A stretch of 64,000 nucleotides of DNA from Vicinamibacteria bacterium (GTDB taxonomy: Bacteria > Acidobacteriota > Vicinamibacteria > Marinacidobacterales > Marinacidobacteraceae): NCBI GenBank assembly GCA_963668695.2, contig CAXXLQ010000004.1, forward strand, positions 192,001 to 256,000. The letters are read 5' to 3'. Both the position numbers and the translations under genes were made by a program. Below are positions 18,909 to 28,295 of this stretch, one piece after another; the first letter of the stretch is position 1; every line of letters starts with the position of its first letter. The notes beneath the pieces are model-generated. The model had not been told where the DNA came from and did no database searches. It worked only from the letters and a program-made list of their open reading frames with translations.

Positions 18909-19719
18909 AGGCGCCGTCTTCCAGGCGCAGCGCCGTCAGCGAGCCGTTCCAGACGCAACCCGAATCCAGGCACACCGCCCGCTCCGAAACCATGAGGCCC
19001 AGTGCGGCCCAGTGGCCGAAGAGCACGGTCATTCCCGCGGGTAGCGAAACGCTTTCGAACCACGGCCGATGACCCGGCGGGATGGTTTCGGGAACCCCGT
19101 CGAACGTGAACGACGGCGTTCCCTCGGCGTCCACGATGCGTATCCGCGTGAACACCGATGCGGCCGTCGCGCCCGCCAGGTGCCGCCCGCCGGCCGGACC
19201 GTTCGGGCCCGGCGCTTCCTCAGGGTTCTTCTTCCGCCGCGGGCTGTCGCCCCTTACCGAATAGAGAGCGCGCAAGAAACCGCCGCGGTCCTCGGTGAGG
19301 GCGCCCTTGGCGTCCCCCGCCGCGGCTTCGATATCGGAGAGATCCCATCGAGGGAGCGTTCCGGCGTGCACGAGGAGGAAGCCGTCCTCCCGGTGGACAA
19401 AGGGGAGTCCCGCGACCCAATCGCAGAGCTCATCGGCGTCGGGCGCGGCCAGCACCGGCGCGAGGGTGTCGCGGCGGCGGGCGGGGATCACACCCTCCCG
19501 CTGGGCCAGGAGGTGCAGCTCGTGATTCCCGAGCACGCAGACGATCGAGTCCCGGTGCCGGTACGCCCAGCGCAGCATGCCGAGGGAATCCGGACCCCGA
19601 TTGACCAAGTCCCCGACGAACCACATTCGGTCCCGGCCGGGCCGGAACGGGAGGCGATCCAGGAGACGCTCGAACGTGCTAAAACACCCCTGCACATCGC
19701 CGACGACCCAGATTGCCAC
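18865..19719 (-). CDS. apaH: Symmetrical diadenosine tetraphosphatase ApaH
   Basis: VVGDVQGC, VGDLVNRGPDSL, LGNHE, VHAG, FGHWAALG and LDSGCVW motifs. Confidence 0.95.
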   Translation of the reverse strand: MAIWVVGDVQGCFSTFERLLDRLPFRPGRDRMWFVGDLVNRGPDSLGMLRWAYRHRDSIVCVLGNHELHLLAQREGVIPARRRDTLAPVLAAPDADELCDWVAGLPFVHREDGFLLVHAGTLPRWDLSDIEAAAGDAKGALTEDRGGFLRALYSVRGDSPRRKKNPEEAPGPNGPAGGRHLAGATAASVFTRIRIVDAEGTPSFTFDGVPETIPPGHRPWFESVSLPAGMTVLFGHWAALGLMVSERAVCLDSGCVWNGSLTALRLEDGAFMVQPAAEGDGQPL

Positions 19720-19864
19720 AGGCGGTGATGCTATCCCCGATTGCGCACGCCGACCGACCGCGAACCACGACGAAGGGTCCCGTAACGTCTTGCCCGTAAC
19801 CTCTTGACGGTACGCGGGCTATTCGTGAGCCTGGGACCCTCGCTTTCTTGACGGCGCCGAGGCA

Positions 19865-19932
19865 CGGGAACGCCGGCCCGTCCTCCCGGTGGGTGCCTTC
19901 AGACCGGCGCCGCTCGGCGACCGCGCAGCGAA
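19865..19932. repeat. REP-like GGGAACGCCGG..TTCAGACCGGC element carrying the 20-bp module
   Basis: Matches GGGAACGCCGGTCTTCAGACCGGC at ~31286 but with CCCGTCCTCCCGGTGGG inserted. Confidence 0.55.
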
Positions 19933-19980
19933 ACCGCACGATTCCCGGCACCCGGATGGCCCGACCGTGAATAACCGTTC

Positions 19981-21492
19981 ATGACCACTAAACGACGCCT
20001 TCCGATGGGGCTCTTCGCGGCGGTGGACCTCGGTTCCCGCAGCTTCCACCTCACCGTCGCCCGGGTCCACGGCGAGAACATCGAAGTGGTGGACCGGGTG
20101 AAGGAGCCGGTGCGGCTCGCCGCCGGCATCCGGAACAAGGCCGTCGAACCCGCGACGTGGGGGCGCGCCGCAGCCGCGCTCGCCCGAATCGGGGAACGCA
20201 TCCGGGATATCCCGGCCGGCCAGGCGCGCGCGGTGGGTACCAACGCCTTCCGGCAGGTGAAGGACCAGAAGGCATTGCTCGGCGATGCGACGAAGGCTCT
20301 CGGGCATCGGGTGGAGATCATCTCCGGCGTGGAGGAAGCGCGGCTCATCTATGTGGGAGTCAACACCCTCCTTCCGGAGGAGAACGGCCGCCGGCTGGTG
20401 CTGGATATCGGGGGCGGCAGCACCGAATTGGTCGTTGGACAGGGGGAGGAGCCGCTCCGGGCGGCAAGCCTCTATATGGGGTGTGTTTCCTTCACGCGCC
20501 GCTTCTTCCCGGGCGGCGTGATCACCGAGCCGGCCTTCGTCGCCGCCGAGACCGAGGCCCGCCGCGAACTCGAGACCGTGGAGGAAGGATTTCTGGCGCT
20601 CGGATGGTCCCGGGTGTTCGGATCTTCCGGCACGGTGCTGGCCACCGCCGAGCTTCTGCGTGCAAACGGCGGCCTGACCCGGGCGGCGCTGGCGGGGCTC
20701 AGAGACCGGATGATCCGCGGCGCCCACGTCGAAGCCCTCGCCCGCGGACCCGATGCGATTCCGGGGTTTCCCGCCGATCGGGCATTGGATTTCCCCGGCG
20801 GCATCGCGGTCCTGCGCGCGGCCATGGAGACCTTCGACATCGAAAGGATCGAGCCGGCCGAGGGAGCGCTCCGCGAGGGGGTGCTCTTCGACCTGATCGG
20901 CCGGCGCCGGAGACAGGATGTCCGGGAGAGCACGATCCGCAACCTCATGACCCAGTACCGGGTGGACCGCGAACAGGCGGAGCGGGTCAAGGCCACCGCG
21001 CTGGTCGGCCTGAGACAGCTAAAGCGGCCGTGGGGCCTCGAACACGAGGCGCACGAACGGTTTCTGCGCTGGGCGGCCGAGCTGCATGAGGTCGGCCTCT
21101 CCGTCTCCTTCAGCGGCCATCACCACCACGGCGCCTACATCGTGCGCAACACGGACATGCCGGGCTTTTCGCGGGACGACCAGGAACTGCTCGCCGCGCT
21201 GATCGAGACCCACCGGCAGAGGCTGCCGCCCGGGCGCTTCGAGAAATTGACTGCCGCCGATCCCGTCACCAGCGGCCGACTGGCCGCCATCCTGCGGATC
21301 GCGGTCCTGCTCTGCCGGCGCCGCAGTCGCGAGCGCCTGCCCCTTATTGAGGCCAGCGCGCCCGACGGTCAGCTTGAGCTCGCGTTCCCCCCGGGCTGGC
21401 TCGACCACCACCCCCTGACTCGCGCCGGCATCGCGGAGGAGGCGGAGCAACTCGCGGCCATCGGAATCGAACTCCGCGTCCGGGATCGCTGA
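19981..21492 (+). CDS. ppx: Exopolyphosphatase Ppx/GppA family
   Basis: AAVDLGSRSFHL, ISGVEEARLIY, DIGGGSTE, ALREG and LHEVG..HHHHGAYI. Confidence 0.94.
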   Translation: MTTKRRLPMGLFAAVDLGSRSFHLTVARVHGENIEVVDRVKEPVRLAAGIRNKAVEPATWGRAAAALARIGERIRDIPAGQARAVGTNAFRQVKDQKALLGDATKALGHRVEIISGVEEARLIYVGVNTLLPEENGRRLVLDIGGGSTELVVGQGEEPLRAASLYMGCVSFTRRFFPGGVITEPAFVAAETEARRELETVEEGFLALGWSRVFGSSGTVLATAELLRANGGLTRAALAGLRDRMIRGAHVEALARGPDAIPGFPADRALDFPGGIAVLRAAMETFDIERIEPAEGALREGVLFDLIGRRRRQDVRESTIRNLMTQYRVDREQAERVKATALVGLRQLKRPWGLEHEAHERFLRWAAELHEVGLSVSFSGHHHHGAYIVRNTDMPGFSRDDQELLAALIETHRQRLPPGRFEKLTAADPVTSGRLAAILRIAVLLCRRRSRERLPLIEASAPDGQLELAFPPGWLDHHPLTRAGIAEEAEQLAAIGIELRVRDR

Positions 21493-21524
21493 AGGGGCGG
21501 CGCCGGCCGCCGCCGGAAAGTCGC

Positions 21525-22153
21525 TCAGTCGGTGACGAAGCTGAAGATCTGGTAGCGGCCGCCCTGCCGAGCATCGAGCCGAAGATCCGCAGGGTTCCGC
21601 GTTCGCCGTCCGGGGCGCGGACGGTGAGCACCGCCTCTCGGTGGACCTGGAAGGGTCCGTAGTCGGTGCTCTCTCCCACGAAGTCCACCGCAACCAGTTC
21701 GAAGCTGCGTCCCTGGTAGCGGTCCATCGTGGAGGCCAACGAGTTCCGGCTGCGCTGATGCAGCATCTCCCAGAGAAACTCGGCCGACGTGTTCCGTTCG
21801 GGGCGACTCGCCGGCAGCCGGAGGTACACCGCTTCGCGGAACTCGACTTCGCTGATGGCCAGCCTCGAAAGGGAGTCGGTGTCCCCCGCTTTGATCAGCG
21901 CCAGCGCCGCGCGCGCCGCTTCTTCGGGCGAATCGAAGAGCACTCGACCCACGGGCAGGGTGACGAGATCAGCTGCCCCGGCCGCCTTCCCCGCTTTGTC
22001 CGGAGATTCGTTGGGAGATTCCTTGGGAGATTCCTTGCCGGGCGGGGGATTCGCGCCTCGGCACCCGGTACCGAAGATGGCGACCGCCGCGAAGACGGCA
22101 GCGAAGCCTGATAGAGAGGGGCCGCAGCGGAAGCGGCGCGGCCCCATTTCCAT
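21525..22153 (-). CDS. Hypothetical lipoprotein with an apparent 1-bp frameshift near its 3' end (~21569)
   Basis: Lipobox-like IFGTGC. After IFGSML the shifted frame reads RQGGRYQIFSFVTD*, which removes a 149-bp overlap with ppx. Confidence 0.6.
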
Positions 22154-22164
22154 TCGTCCGGGAA

Positions 22165-22790
22165 TCAGTTCCGGGCGAAGGTGGTCCAGCCGAGGAATCA
22201 GTCGTCGTCCAGGCCGCAGGCGCCCGCGTAGGTGACCGGATCGAAGAATCCGTCGGCCGGCGGCAGAGCGTCCGGGCCAAGCAGCGCGAGCAGGAGCGCC
22301 GGGGAACCTGCCATCGGCCGGCAGTCGAGCGCCTCGTGGTTGTAGGGATCGGCGAGCATGGGATCCAGCTCCCGGAGTTGCTGGGAGGCCATTGCGAAGT
22401 CCCGGGTGGAGAAGGTCGGCGCCGGGTCCTCGCCGGAGTCGTCGTCGAAGCTGCCCTCGAGGTTGCCGTAGAAGATCGAGTTCTTCACCACCAAAAACCC
22501 ATCCTCGGCGAGCCGGTAGGTGGCGGCGTTGTCGATGTCGAGTCCGGTCTCCTTGAAGCCGAGCACGATGGAATTGGCGATCTCGGCGGAGGTGCCCTCG
22601 CGGAGCAGGATGCCAATGTCGCTCTCGTCGCCCTGGTCGGTATCCGGGTCGCCGATCAGGGTGAGGTTGTAGAGCGTCGGATCGGAGCGCGGGGTGAGGT
22701 CGTTGTTCTCACCGTTGTTGTCCGCCTCGATCCCCTGATCGGCGTCGTCGCCGCGCTGCTGAGCGATCCAGAACTGGCCGCGCGGACGAA
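22165..22790 (-). pseudogene. 5'-truncated remnant of an acidic (D/N-rich) secreted protein with an internal TGA
   Basis: GQFWIAQQRGDDADQGIEADNN..PTLYNLTLIG..GILLREGT; ends DDD*FLGWTTFARN*; no credible start or signal peptide. Confidence 0.65.
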
Positions 22791-22929
22791 ACGGATCAGA
22801 AAGTTGAGACGGGAATGACCGCCCCGAGGGCAAAAGTGCGGCTCAGGCATCGAGGGCGGATTGTGGTTGTCCCTTGTTGCCTAGCCGTGAAGCGTGCGAA
22901 AACTCACCGCCAAATCCTGCGCAGCGCGA

Positions 22930-22956
22930 TGAACCCGGTTTGAACCGCGTGTGAAC
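22930..22956 (-). promoter_or_regulatory. Putative PHO-box-like site: three GTTCA at 11-bp spacing
   Basis: Plus-strand TGAAC at 22930, 22941 and 22952; lies within the phoB/phoR locus. Confidence 0.6.
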
Positions 22957-23093
22957 GCCGGTCCCGAGGGAGGTCTCGTGACGCCGGGGCGATCCCCGCG
23001 GAAACGGCGCGGGGGCTCCGGCCCCTTCCGCTACCGAGCTAGCGCACCACCCGCTACCCGGCAGCCGCCGCCCGGCCCCGAATCGAGGGAGGG

Positions 23094-24374
23094 TCAGTTG
23101 CGCCGGGGGTTCTGGAAGTCGAAGAGCCACTGGAAGAGAAGCAGTAGCTCGTGGTCGCCGGTGGCGCCGAACCGCCAACGGTAGTCGGCGGAAAGATGGG
23201 TCCTGTTCCACGGGAGTTCGTATCGAGCTCCGGCGATCACGTAGCTGGAGTGCCCCGGGTTGGCCAGCGGGCCATGGTTCGTTTCCGTCCCGAGCTCCGC
23301 GGCGGCCCAGATGCCCTGGGGAAGACGATGGCGGAGCCGGGCGAAACCGCCAAGGTGTTCCCTGCCGTGCTGCTCCCGGCGGAAGGCGGCGCCGCGAAAC
23401 ACCTGGCCGGAGCCGAGCACACCATCCACATGGACCCCCGTCTGCCGCCGCGGCACGAGGGCGTCGTCCGGTCCGTCGCGGCCTTCATAGTGGCCGGCGT
23501 CCACCAACCAGGAGCTCCCGGCAACGTCGAACGTGCGGCCCACGCTCGCCAGCACGTCCTTCGACGAGTTGTTCTCTGCCTCATTTCCACTGCCCTGCAC
23601 CACATGAAGCCGGGCGTTATAAGGACCCTGGTCAGCGAAAAGGAAGACTCCCACCTCCCTCGACCGGGTCAGGCTGGAGCCGACCGCGGCGTACACCATC
23701 TGGCGGGAATGTGACGACTCGGTGAACTCTCCGAGCCAGGCAAGCGAACTGCGCCCTGCGCGTACCTGGAGCCCTCCGCCGACGTCGAACTGCACCCAGA
23801 AGTCATGCATGCGGGTCTTGCCCAGGTCGTAGGTGATGTTCGTGACGATGCGGTCCCCGATCTTGGTCTTGCTCCAGATCGAAAAACTGCTGATCTCCGC
23901 GTCGCCGAGTTCCTGGAACTCATCCAGGACCCGGCCGCGAAACCGCACGTTGAAATCCACGAGCGACGCCGCTCCGGCGCTGCCCTGGGCGGCCACGTCC
24001 GAATCCGATTCCCCGTTCGCTGCCTCTTCCGCGGCGAGGGCCTTCTCGTCGTCGGCGAGTTGAATCTCGCGCGTACGCGGTTCCGGTTCGATCGCTGCGG
24101 ACTCGCCGGCGGCCACCGCAGCCTCGGACGAACTTCTTCCGGTCGCCGGTTGCCTGGCCGCTTCCTGGATTTCCGTCTCGGGGGTTTCCGTCTCGGGGGT
24201 TTCGGTCTCGGGCAGAACTGCGCCCGCACCCGCGAACACGCTCCCGGCCACCGCCCAGAGCGTCAGCGACAAAGAGACCGAAGGGAAAAACGACCGACGC
24301 CGGAAGATTGGGAAGGCGGGTGAAGCGGAGCCGTCGGAGCGGCCGCGCTCGAACCGCGTAGGTGCCCCCAACAT
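23094..24374 (-). CDS. Outer membrane porin, phosphate-selective porin O/P-like
   Basis: Signal peptide, low-complexity linker, then beta-barrel pattern MHDFWVQF..LQVRAGR..REVGVF..GNEAENNSSKD; pho context. Confidence 0.65.
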   Translation of the reverse strand: MLGAPTRFERGRSDGSASPAFPIFRRRSFFPSVSLSLTLWAVAGSVFAGAGAVLPETETPETETPETEIQEAARQPATGRSSSEAAVAAGESAAIEPEPRTREIQLADDEKALAAEEAANGESDSDVAAQGSAGAASLVDFNVRFRGRVLDEFQELGDAEISSFSIWSKTKIGDRIVTNITYDLGKTRMHDFWVQFDVGGGLQVRAGRSSLAWLGEFTESSHSRQMVYAAVGSSLTRSREVGVFLFADQGPYNARLHVVQGSGNEAENNSSKDVLASVGRTFDVAGSSWLVDAGHYEGRDGPDDALVPRRQTGVHVDGVLGSGQVFRGAAFRREQHGREHLGGFARLRHRLPQGIWAAAELGTETNHGPLANPGHSSYVIAGARYELPWNRTHLSADYRWRFGATGDHELLLLFQWLFDFQNPRRN

Positions 24375-24399
24375 GAGGCGCCATGTTGTTTCTCCGGCA

Positions 24400-24480
24400 T
24401 GACGGGTCCTTGAACCATTCGTGAAACAAGGTTTAAGATCGAGTGAATATTCAGGGACTCAAAATGAATTCAATGTGAAC
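24400..24480 (-). promoter_or_regulatory. Putative PHO-box array upstream of the porin
   Basis: Plus-strand TGAC/TGAA/TTAA at 24400, 24411, 24422, 24433, 24444, (24455), 24465 and 24476 in an AT-rich patch. Confidence 0.65.
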
Positions 24481-24539
24481 GCAGATTTGCGCAACGTTAC
24501 GGCTTCGAAAATCCGCGTGCCCGCGACCCCGAGCGTTAA

Positions 24540-24754
24540 CAGCCTGTGGACAGAGTGGCGTGAGCGCCGAGAGCGGCGAGGCGCCCGGCTGACAAGGCGC
24601 GCGAGGGAGGAGCCCCCACCGGGAGAACTGGCCCGGGTGTATTTCGACCGAAGCGCAACGATGAGCGACGCGAAGCGGCGCGGTTCAGCCGGGATGCATC
24701 GCCGCTCGAGCCCCCACCGGGAGAACTGGGCCGCGTGATTTTGTCTACAGGCTG
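24540..24754. mobile_element. Family-A repeat, unit copy (215 bp) with TTAA duplication
   Basis: TTAA|CAGCCTGTGGACAGA...TTTGTCTACAGGCTG|TTAA; the right TTAA contains the pheA stop. Confidence 0.92.
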
Positions 24755-25594
24755 TTAATGTGAGGTGCGCACCGGATCGGCCGGATAGACCCCCAGGATC
24801 CTGACCGACCGGGAGAAGAAGCGGAGTTCTTCGAACGCCTTCGCCACCCCGGAGTGCTCGGGATGGCCGGCCACGTCACAGTAGAACTGGGTCGAAGTGA
24901 ACGAGCCGTCCAGCATGTAGCTTTCGAGCTTCTGCATGTTCACTCCATTGGTCGCGAACCCACCGAGCGCCTTGTAGAGGGCGCCCGGGAGATTCCGCAC
25001 CTGGAACACGAACGTAGTGATCGCGTCGGCGTCGCGCGGAACCGTAACCGGCTCCCGGGCCATGACGAGGAACCGGGTGATGTTCAGCGAGATGTCCGCG
25101 ATGTCCGGCGCCAGAATCGAGAGTCCGTGAATCCCAGCGGCAAGCGCCGAGGCGATCGCCGCTTTCGTGGGGTCTCCGCTTCTCGCGATCATTATCGCGG
25201 CCCCGGCGGTATCCGCCTCCGCCACTGGGCGGAGGCGTCGGCCGCGGATGAATTGCCGGCACTGGGCGAGCGCGTGCGGGTGGCTGTGGACGGTCCGGAG
25301 TCCGCCGAGCCTGGCTCCGGGCAGCCCGAGGAGCTGGTGCCGCACCCGGTGAAAGGCTTCACCGACGATTTGCAGACGGGATTCGGGCAGGAGGCGATGG
25401 ATGTCGGCGACTCGTCCGGCGACCGAATTCTCGATGGGGATCATCGCGAGTTCCGCGCTCCCCTCGGCCACTGCCGCGAACGCGTCCTCAAAGCCCTCGA
25501 AGGACAGCGGCTCATGATCCGGATGCCGGTCCCGACAGGTCAGGTCGGAGTAGGAGCCGGGGTGTCCCTGAAACGCGATTTTCGGTCCGGACAT
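24755..25594 (-). CDS. pheA: Prephenate dehydratase
   Basis: IAFQGHPGSYS, IPIENS, SHPHALAQC, NITRF and ACT domain PGALYKALGGFATNGVNMQKLES. Confidence 0.94.
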   Translation of the reverse strand: MSGPKIAFQGHPGSYSDLTCRDRHPDHEPLSFEGFEDAFAAVAEGSAELAMIPIENSVAGRVADIHRLLPESRLQIVGEAFHRVRHQLLGLPGARLGGLRTVHSHPHALAQCRQFIRGRRLRPVAEADTAGAAIMIARSGDPTKAAIASALAAGIHGLSILAPDIADISLNITRFLVMAREPVTVPRDADAITTFVFQVRNLPGALYKALGGFATNGVNMQKLESYMLDGSFTSTQFYCDVAGHPEHSGVAKAFEELRFFSRSVRILGVYPADPVRTSH

Positions 25595-25641
25595 AGACCG
25601 CGGGAGCATATGCGCCAACTGTGTGTACGATTTCTCCGGCC

Positions 25642-26346
25642 GTGAAACACATCCTGGTCATCGAAGACGATCCGGACATCGTCGAGTTGCTCCGCTACAA
25701 CCTGGAGCGCGAGTCCTACCGCGTGACCTCCGCCGTCACCGGCGCGGAGGGATGGGCCCAATTGGAGCGGGAGCGACCGGATCTCTTGATCCTGGATCTG
25801 ATGCTGCCGGAGATCAGCGGGTTCGATCTGTGCCGGCGCCTGCGCCGGGACTCCGAATATCAGAGCCTCCCGGTGATCATGCTGAGCGCGCGGAGCGAAG
25901 AGGCCGACGTGATCGCGGGCATCGAACTCGGGGCGGACGACTACATCACGAAGCCGTTCAGCCCCCGGGAGCTGGTGGCGCGGGTCGGGGCGGTGCTCCG
26001 CCGTACCGGAAGGACCGAGCAGCCGGCCCCGTCGCCCGACGAGGGCGCCCTCCAGTTCGGTGACTTGGTGATTGACCCGACGTCGCACCGGGTGCAGCGG
26101 GGCGGAGACGACCTTCCGGTGACGCACCTGGAGTTCAAACTGCTCCACTATCTGGCGTCCCACCCGCGACGCGTCTTCTCCCGGGAGCAGCTCCTCGACC
26201 GGGTGTGGGGACATGAGAAATACATCACGCTGCGCAGCGTGGATGTCTATGTTCGGCGGCTGCGCCAGAAGGTTGACGTATCGGGGGATTCCTCGTTCCT
26301 GAAGACGGTTCGGGGCGCCGGGTATCGCTTCGAACCTCCACCTTGA
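25642..26346 (+). CDS. phoB: OmpR-family response regulator, PhoB-like
   Basis: ILVIEDD, LDLMLPEISG, GADDYITKPFSPRELVAR, RSVDVYVRRLR, TVRGAGY; coupled to the kinase; ppx/porin context. Confidence 0.85.
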   Translation: MKHILVIEDDPDIVELLRYNLERESYRVTSAVTGAEGWAQLERERPDLLILDLMLPEISGFDLCRRLRRDSEYQSLPVIMLSARSEEADVIAGIELGADDYITKPFSPRELVARVGAVLRRTGRTEQPAPSPDEGALQFGDLVIDPTSHRVQRGGDDLPVTHLEFKLLHYLASHPRRVFSREQLLDRVWGHEKYITLRSVDVYVRRLRQKVDVSGDSSFLKTVRGAGYRFEPPP

Positions 26347-28295
26347 ATCCCCGGACGACCGACGACCCAGCGCGACCCTGGCGGGGCCGCCGGCCGTCGC
26401 GGCTTGCGCTCCGGCTGACGGCGGCAAGCCTGCTGGTCGCGCTGGCGGCGCTGTTCGCGGTGCTCGCGACCACGGCGCAGGTCGTGAGAGAAAGCGCCGT
26501 CGCTTCCACCTTCGCCAACCTGGACGGAGTTGCCGAGGTGGGGCTCGCCAACCCGCCGGTGGAACCCTCCGCGGAGGCTCTTCGGGAGTGGGCCATGGCG
26601 CTCGCCTCCTTCGAGGCGGACGCCAGGGCCGAGGGAGCCACTCCGACGCGGCCCGAGCGGCGGGTCACGCTCATTGCGCTCGATGGGACTGTGCTCGCGG
26701 ATTCCCACGAAGACGCCCGGACCATGGACAACCATCGGGACCGCCCTGAAATAAGCGCCGCCTTTGCCACCGGCTATGGCCGCTCGCAGCGCTTCAGCGA
26801 CACTCGCGGCGAGGACCTCACCTACGTGGCGGTGAGGATCCCGGAGCGTGAAGCGACGGTGCTGCGCCTCTCGGAACCGGTTGTCCAACTGGAAGAAACC
26901 GTGAGCACCATCCTGACTCCGGTGGTCGTGGTGACGCTCCTCGCCTTCATCGTTGCCGCCGGGTTCTCCTTCTGGTATGCGGCCCGCTTCGGCAAGCGCG
27001 TGGCGCGGCTCCGCCGGTTCTCGGAACGGGTGGCCCGAGGTGATTTCACACCGGAGGCCGCGCCTCTCAAGATGGACGAACTCGACCAGTTGCTGGCTTC
27101 CCTCAACCGGACGGCGCGGGAACTGCAGCGCAGTTTCCAGTCCCTGACCGCCGAGAAGAACCAGGGCGCCACGATCCTGTCAAGCGTGGCCGAGGGCGTC
27201 GCGGTCTTCGACGAGGAACTCCGGATCCAGTATGTGAACGGCGCCTTTCGCGAGGTGCTTTCCCTTCCGGGCGAGTCGTGGCGGGACTATCGGGGGCGCG
27301 ACGCCCGGAACGTCCTCGAGAAAAAGCGCCTCCTGAAGATGGTCCGAGCCGCGATGAAGGGCAAGTCTCGTGAACGCGAGATCTCCCTGAACGGAAGGGA
27401 GGTTCTGGTCCGCGCGGCCCCCATCCGTTCCGCCGAGCCCGAAGTGCCGATGGCTTCCCAGCTCGAAGGAAACGGTCTCGAAGGAAACGGTTCTGCGGGG
27501 TCCGAGCCGGCGGGGGCGGTACTGGTGCTCTTGGACGTGACCCAACTCCACGCGCTGGAGCGGATGCGGCGCGACTTCGTGGCCAATCTCTCCCACGAAC
27601 TCAGAACGCCCCTGACCGCGATTCGGGGTTTTTCGGAAACGCTACTGGACGGAGACCTGGAAGACGTGCCGGAGCAAAAGCGTTTCCTCGGGATCATTCG
27701 GCGGCATTCCGTCCGGCTTTCACATCTCACGGACGACCTGCTGCAGCTCGCCCGGATCGAGGCAGGCAAACAGGAGACCGAAACCGTTCCCGTCCAAGTG
27801 GACGCGCTGGTCGAGTCGGTCGTGGAATCGGCGCGAGTGAAGGCGGGGGCGCGGAAGCTCACAACGGCGGGTTCCCGAGAGCCGGTGCAGATCTACACCG
27901 ACCCAACCCTGCTGACGGAGATCCTGCAAAACCTGGTGGACAACGCCATCCAGTACTCCGGGGAAAACGGACGGGTCGAGGTCGCGACCGAGTGCTCGGC
28001 GGGCGAAGCCTTGATCTCGGTCACTGACAACGGCGTGGGAATCCCCAAGGCCCACCAAAGCCGGATCTTCGAACGCTTTTACCGGGTGGATCCGGCTCGC
28101 TCGCGTGAAGTGGGCGGCACGGGACTCGGCCTCGCCATCGCCAAGCACACCGCGGACCTCCTGGGTGGGCGCATCGAGGTCGAGAGTGCGCCGGACCGCG
28201 GCTCGCGGTTCACCGTCGCCTTGCCGGTCGGCGGCCCGAACGCTCCGCCTCACGAGGTGAGCGCCGACGACGACCCCGGCCACCTTCTGGCCTAG
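26343..28295 (+). CDS. phoR: Sensor histidine kinase, PhoR-like
   Basis: MDNHRDRPEI, HAMP and PAS regions, RRDFVANLSHELRTPLT, FERFYRVDPARSREVGGTGLGLAI. Confidence 0.9.
   Translation: MNPRTTDDPARPWRGRRPSRLALRLTAASLLVALAALFAVLATTAQVVRESAVASTFANLDGVAEVGLANPPVEPSAEALREWAMALASFEADARAEGATPTRPERRVTLIALDGTVLADSHEDARTMDNHRDRPEISAAFATGYGRSQRFSDTRGEDLTYVAVRIPEREATVLRLSEPVVQLEETVSTILTPVVVVTLLAFIVAAGFSFWYAARFGKRVARLRRFSERVARGDFTPEAAPLKMDELDQLLASLNRTARELQRSFQSLTAEKNQGATILSSVAEGVAVFDEELRIQYVNGAFREVLSLPGESWRDYRGRDARNVLEKKRLLKMVRAAMKGKSREREISLNGREVLVRAAPIRSAEPEVPMASQLEGNGLEGNGSAGSEPAGAVLVLLDVTQLHALERMRRDFVANLSHELRTPLTAIRGFSETLLDGDLEDVPEQKRFLGIIRRHSVRLSHLTDDLLQLARIEAGKQETETVPVQVDALVESVVESARVKAGARKLTTAGSREPVQIYTDPTLLTEILQNLVDNAIQYSGENGRVEVATECSAGEALISVTDNGVGIPKAHQSRIFERFYRVDPARSREVGGTGLGLAIAKHTADLLGGRIEVESAPDRGSRFTVALPVGGPNAPPHEVSADDDPGHLLA

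Noticed and set aside
19779-19806. 14-bp tandem CCCGTAAC(G/C)TCTTG between apaH and ppx as a PHO box
   Set aside because: The period is 14 rather than 11; it may be a simple duplication.
22198-22200. In-frame TGA as selenocysteine
   Set aside because: The context (DDD*FLGW) suggests Trp rather than Cys, it lies in a 5'-truncated remnant, and no SECIS was recognised. A TGG-to-TGA change is simpler.
27462-27491. In-frame micro-repeats (LEGNG twice in PhoR; ETETP in the porin linker)
   Set aside because: Ordinary slippage expansions in flexible linkers, with no evidence of function.
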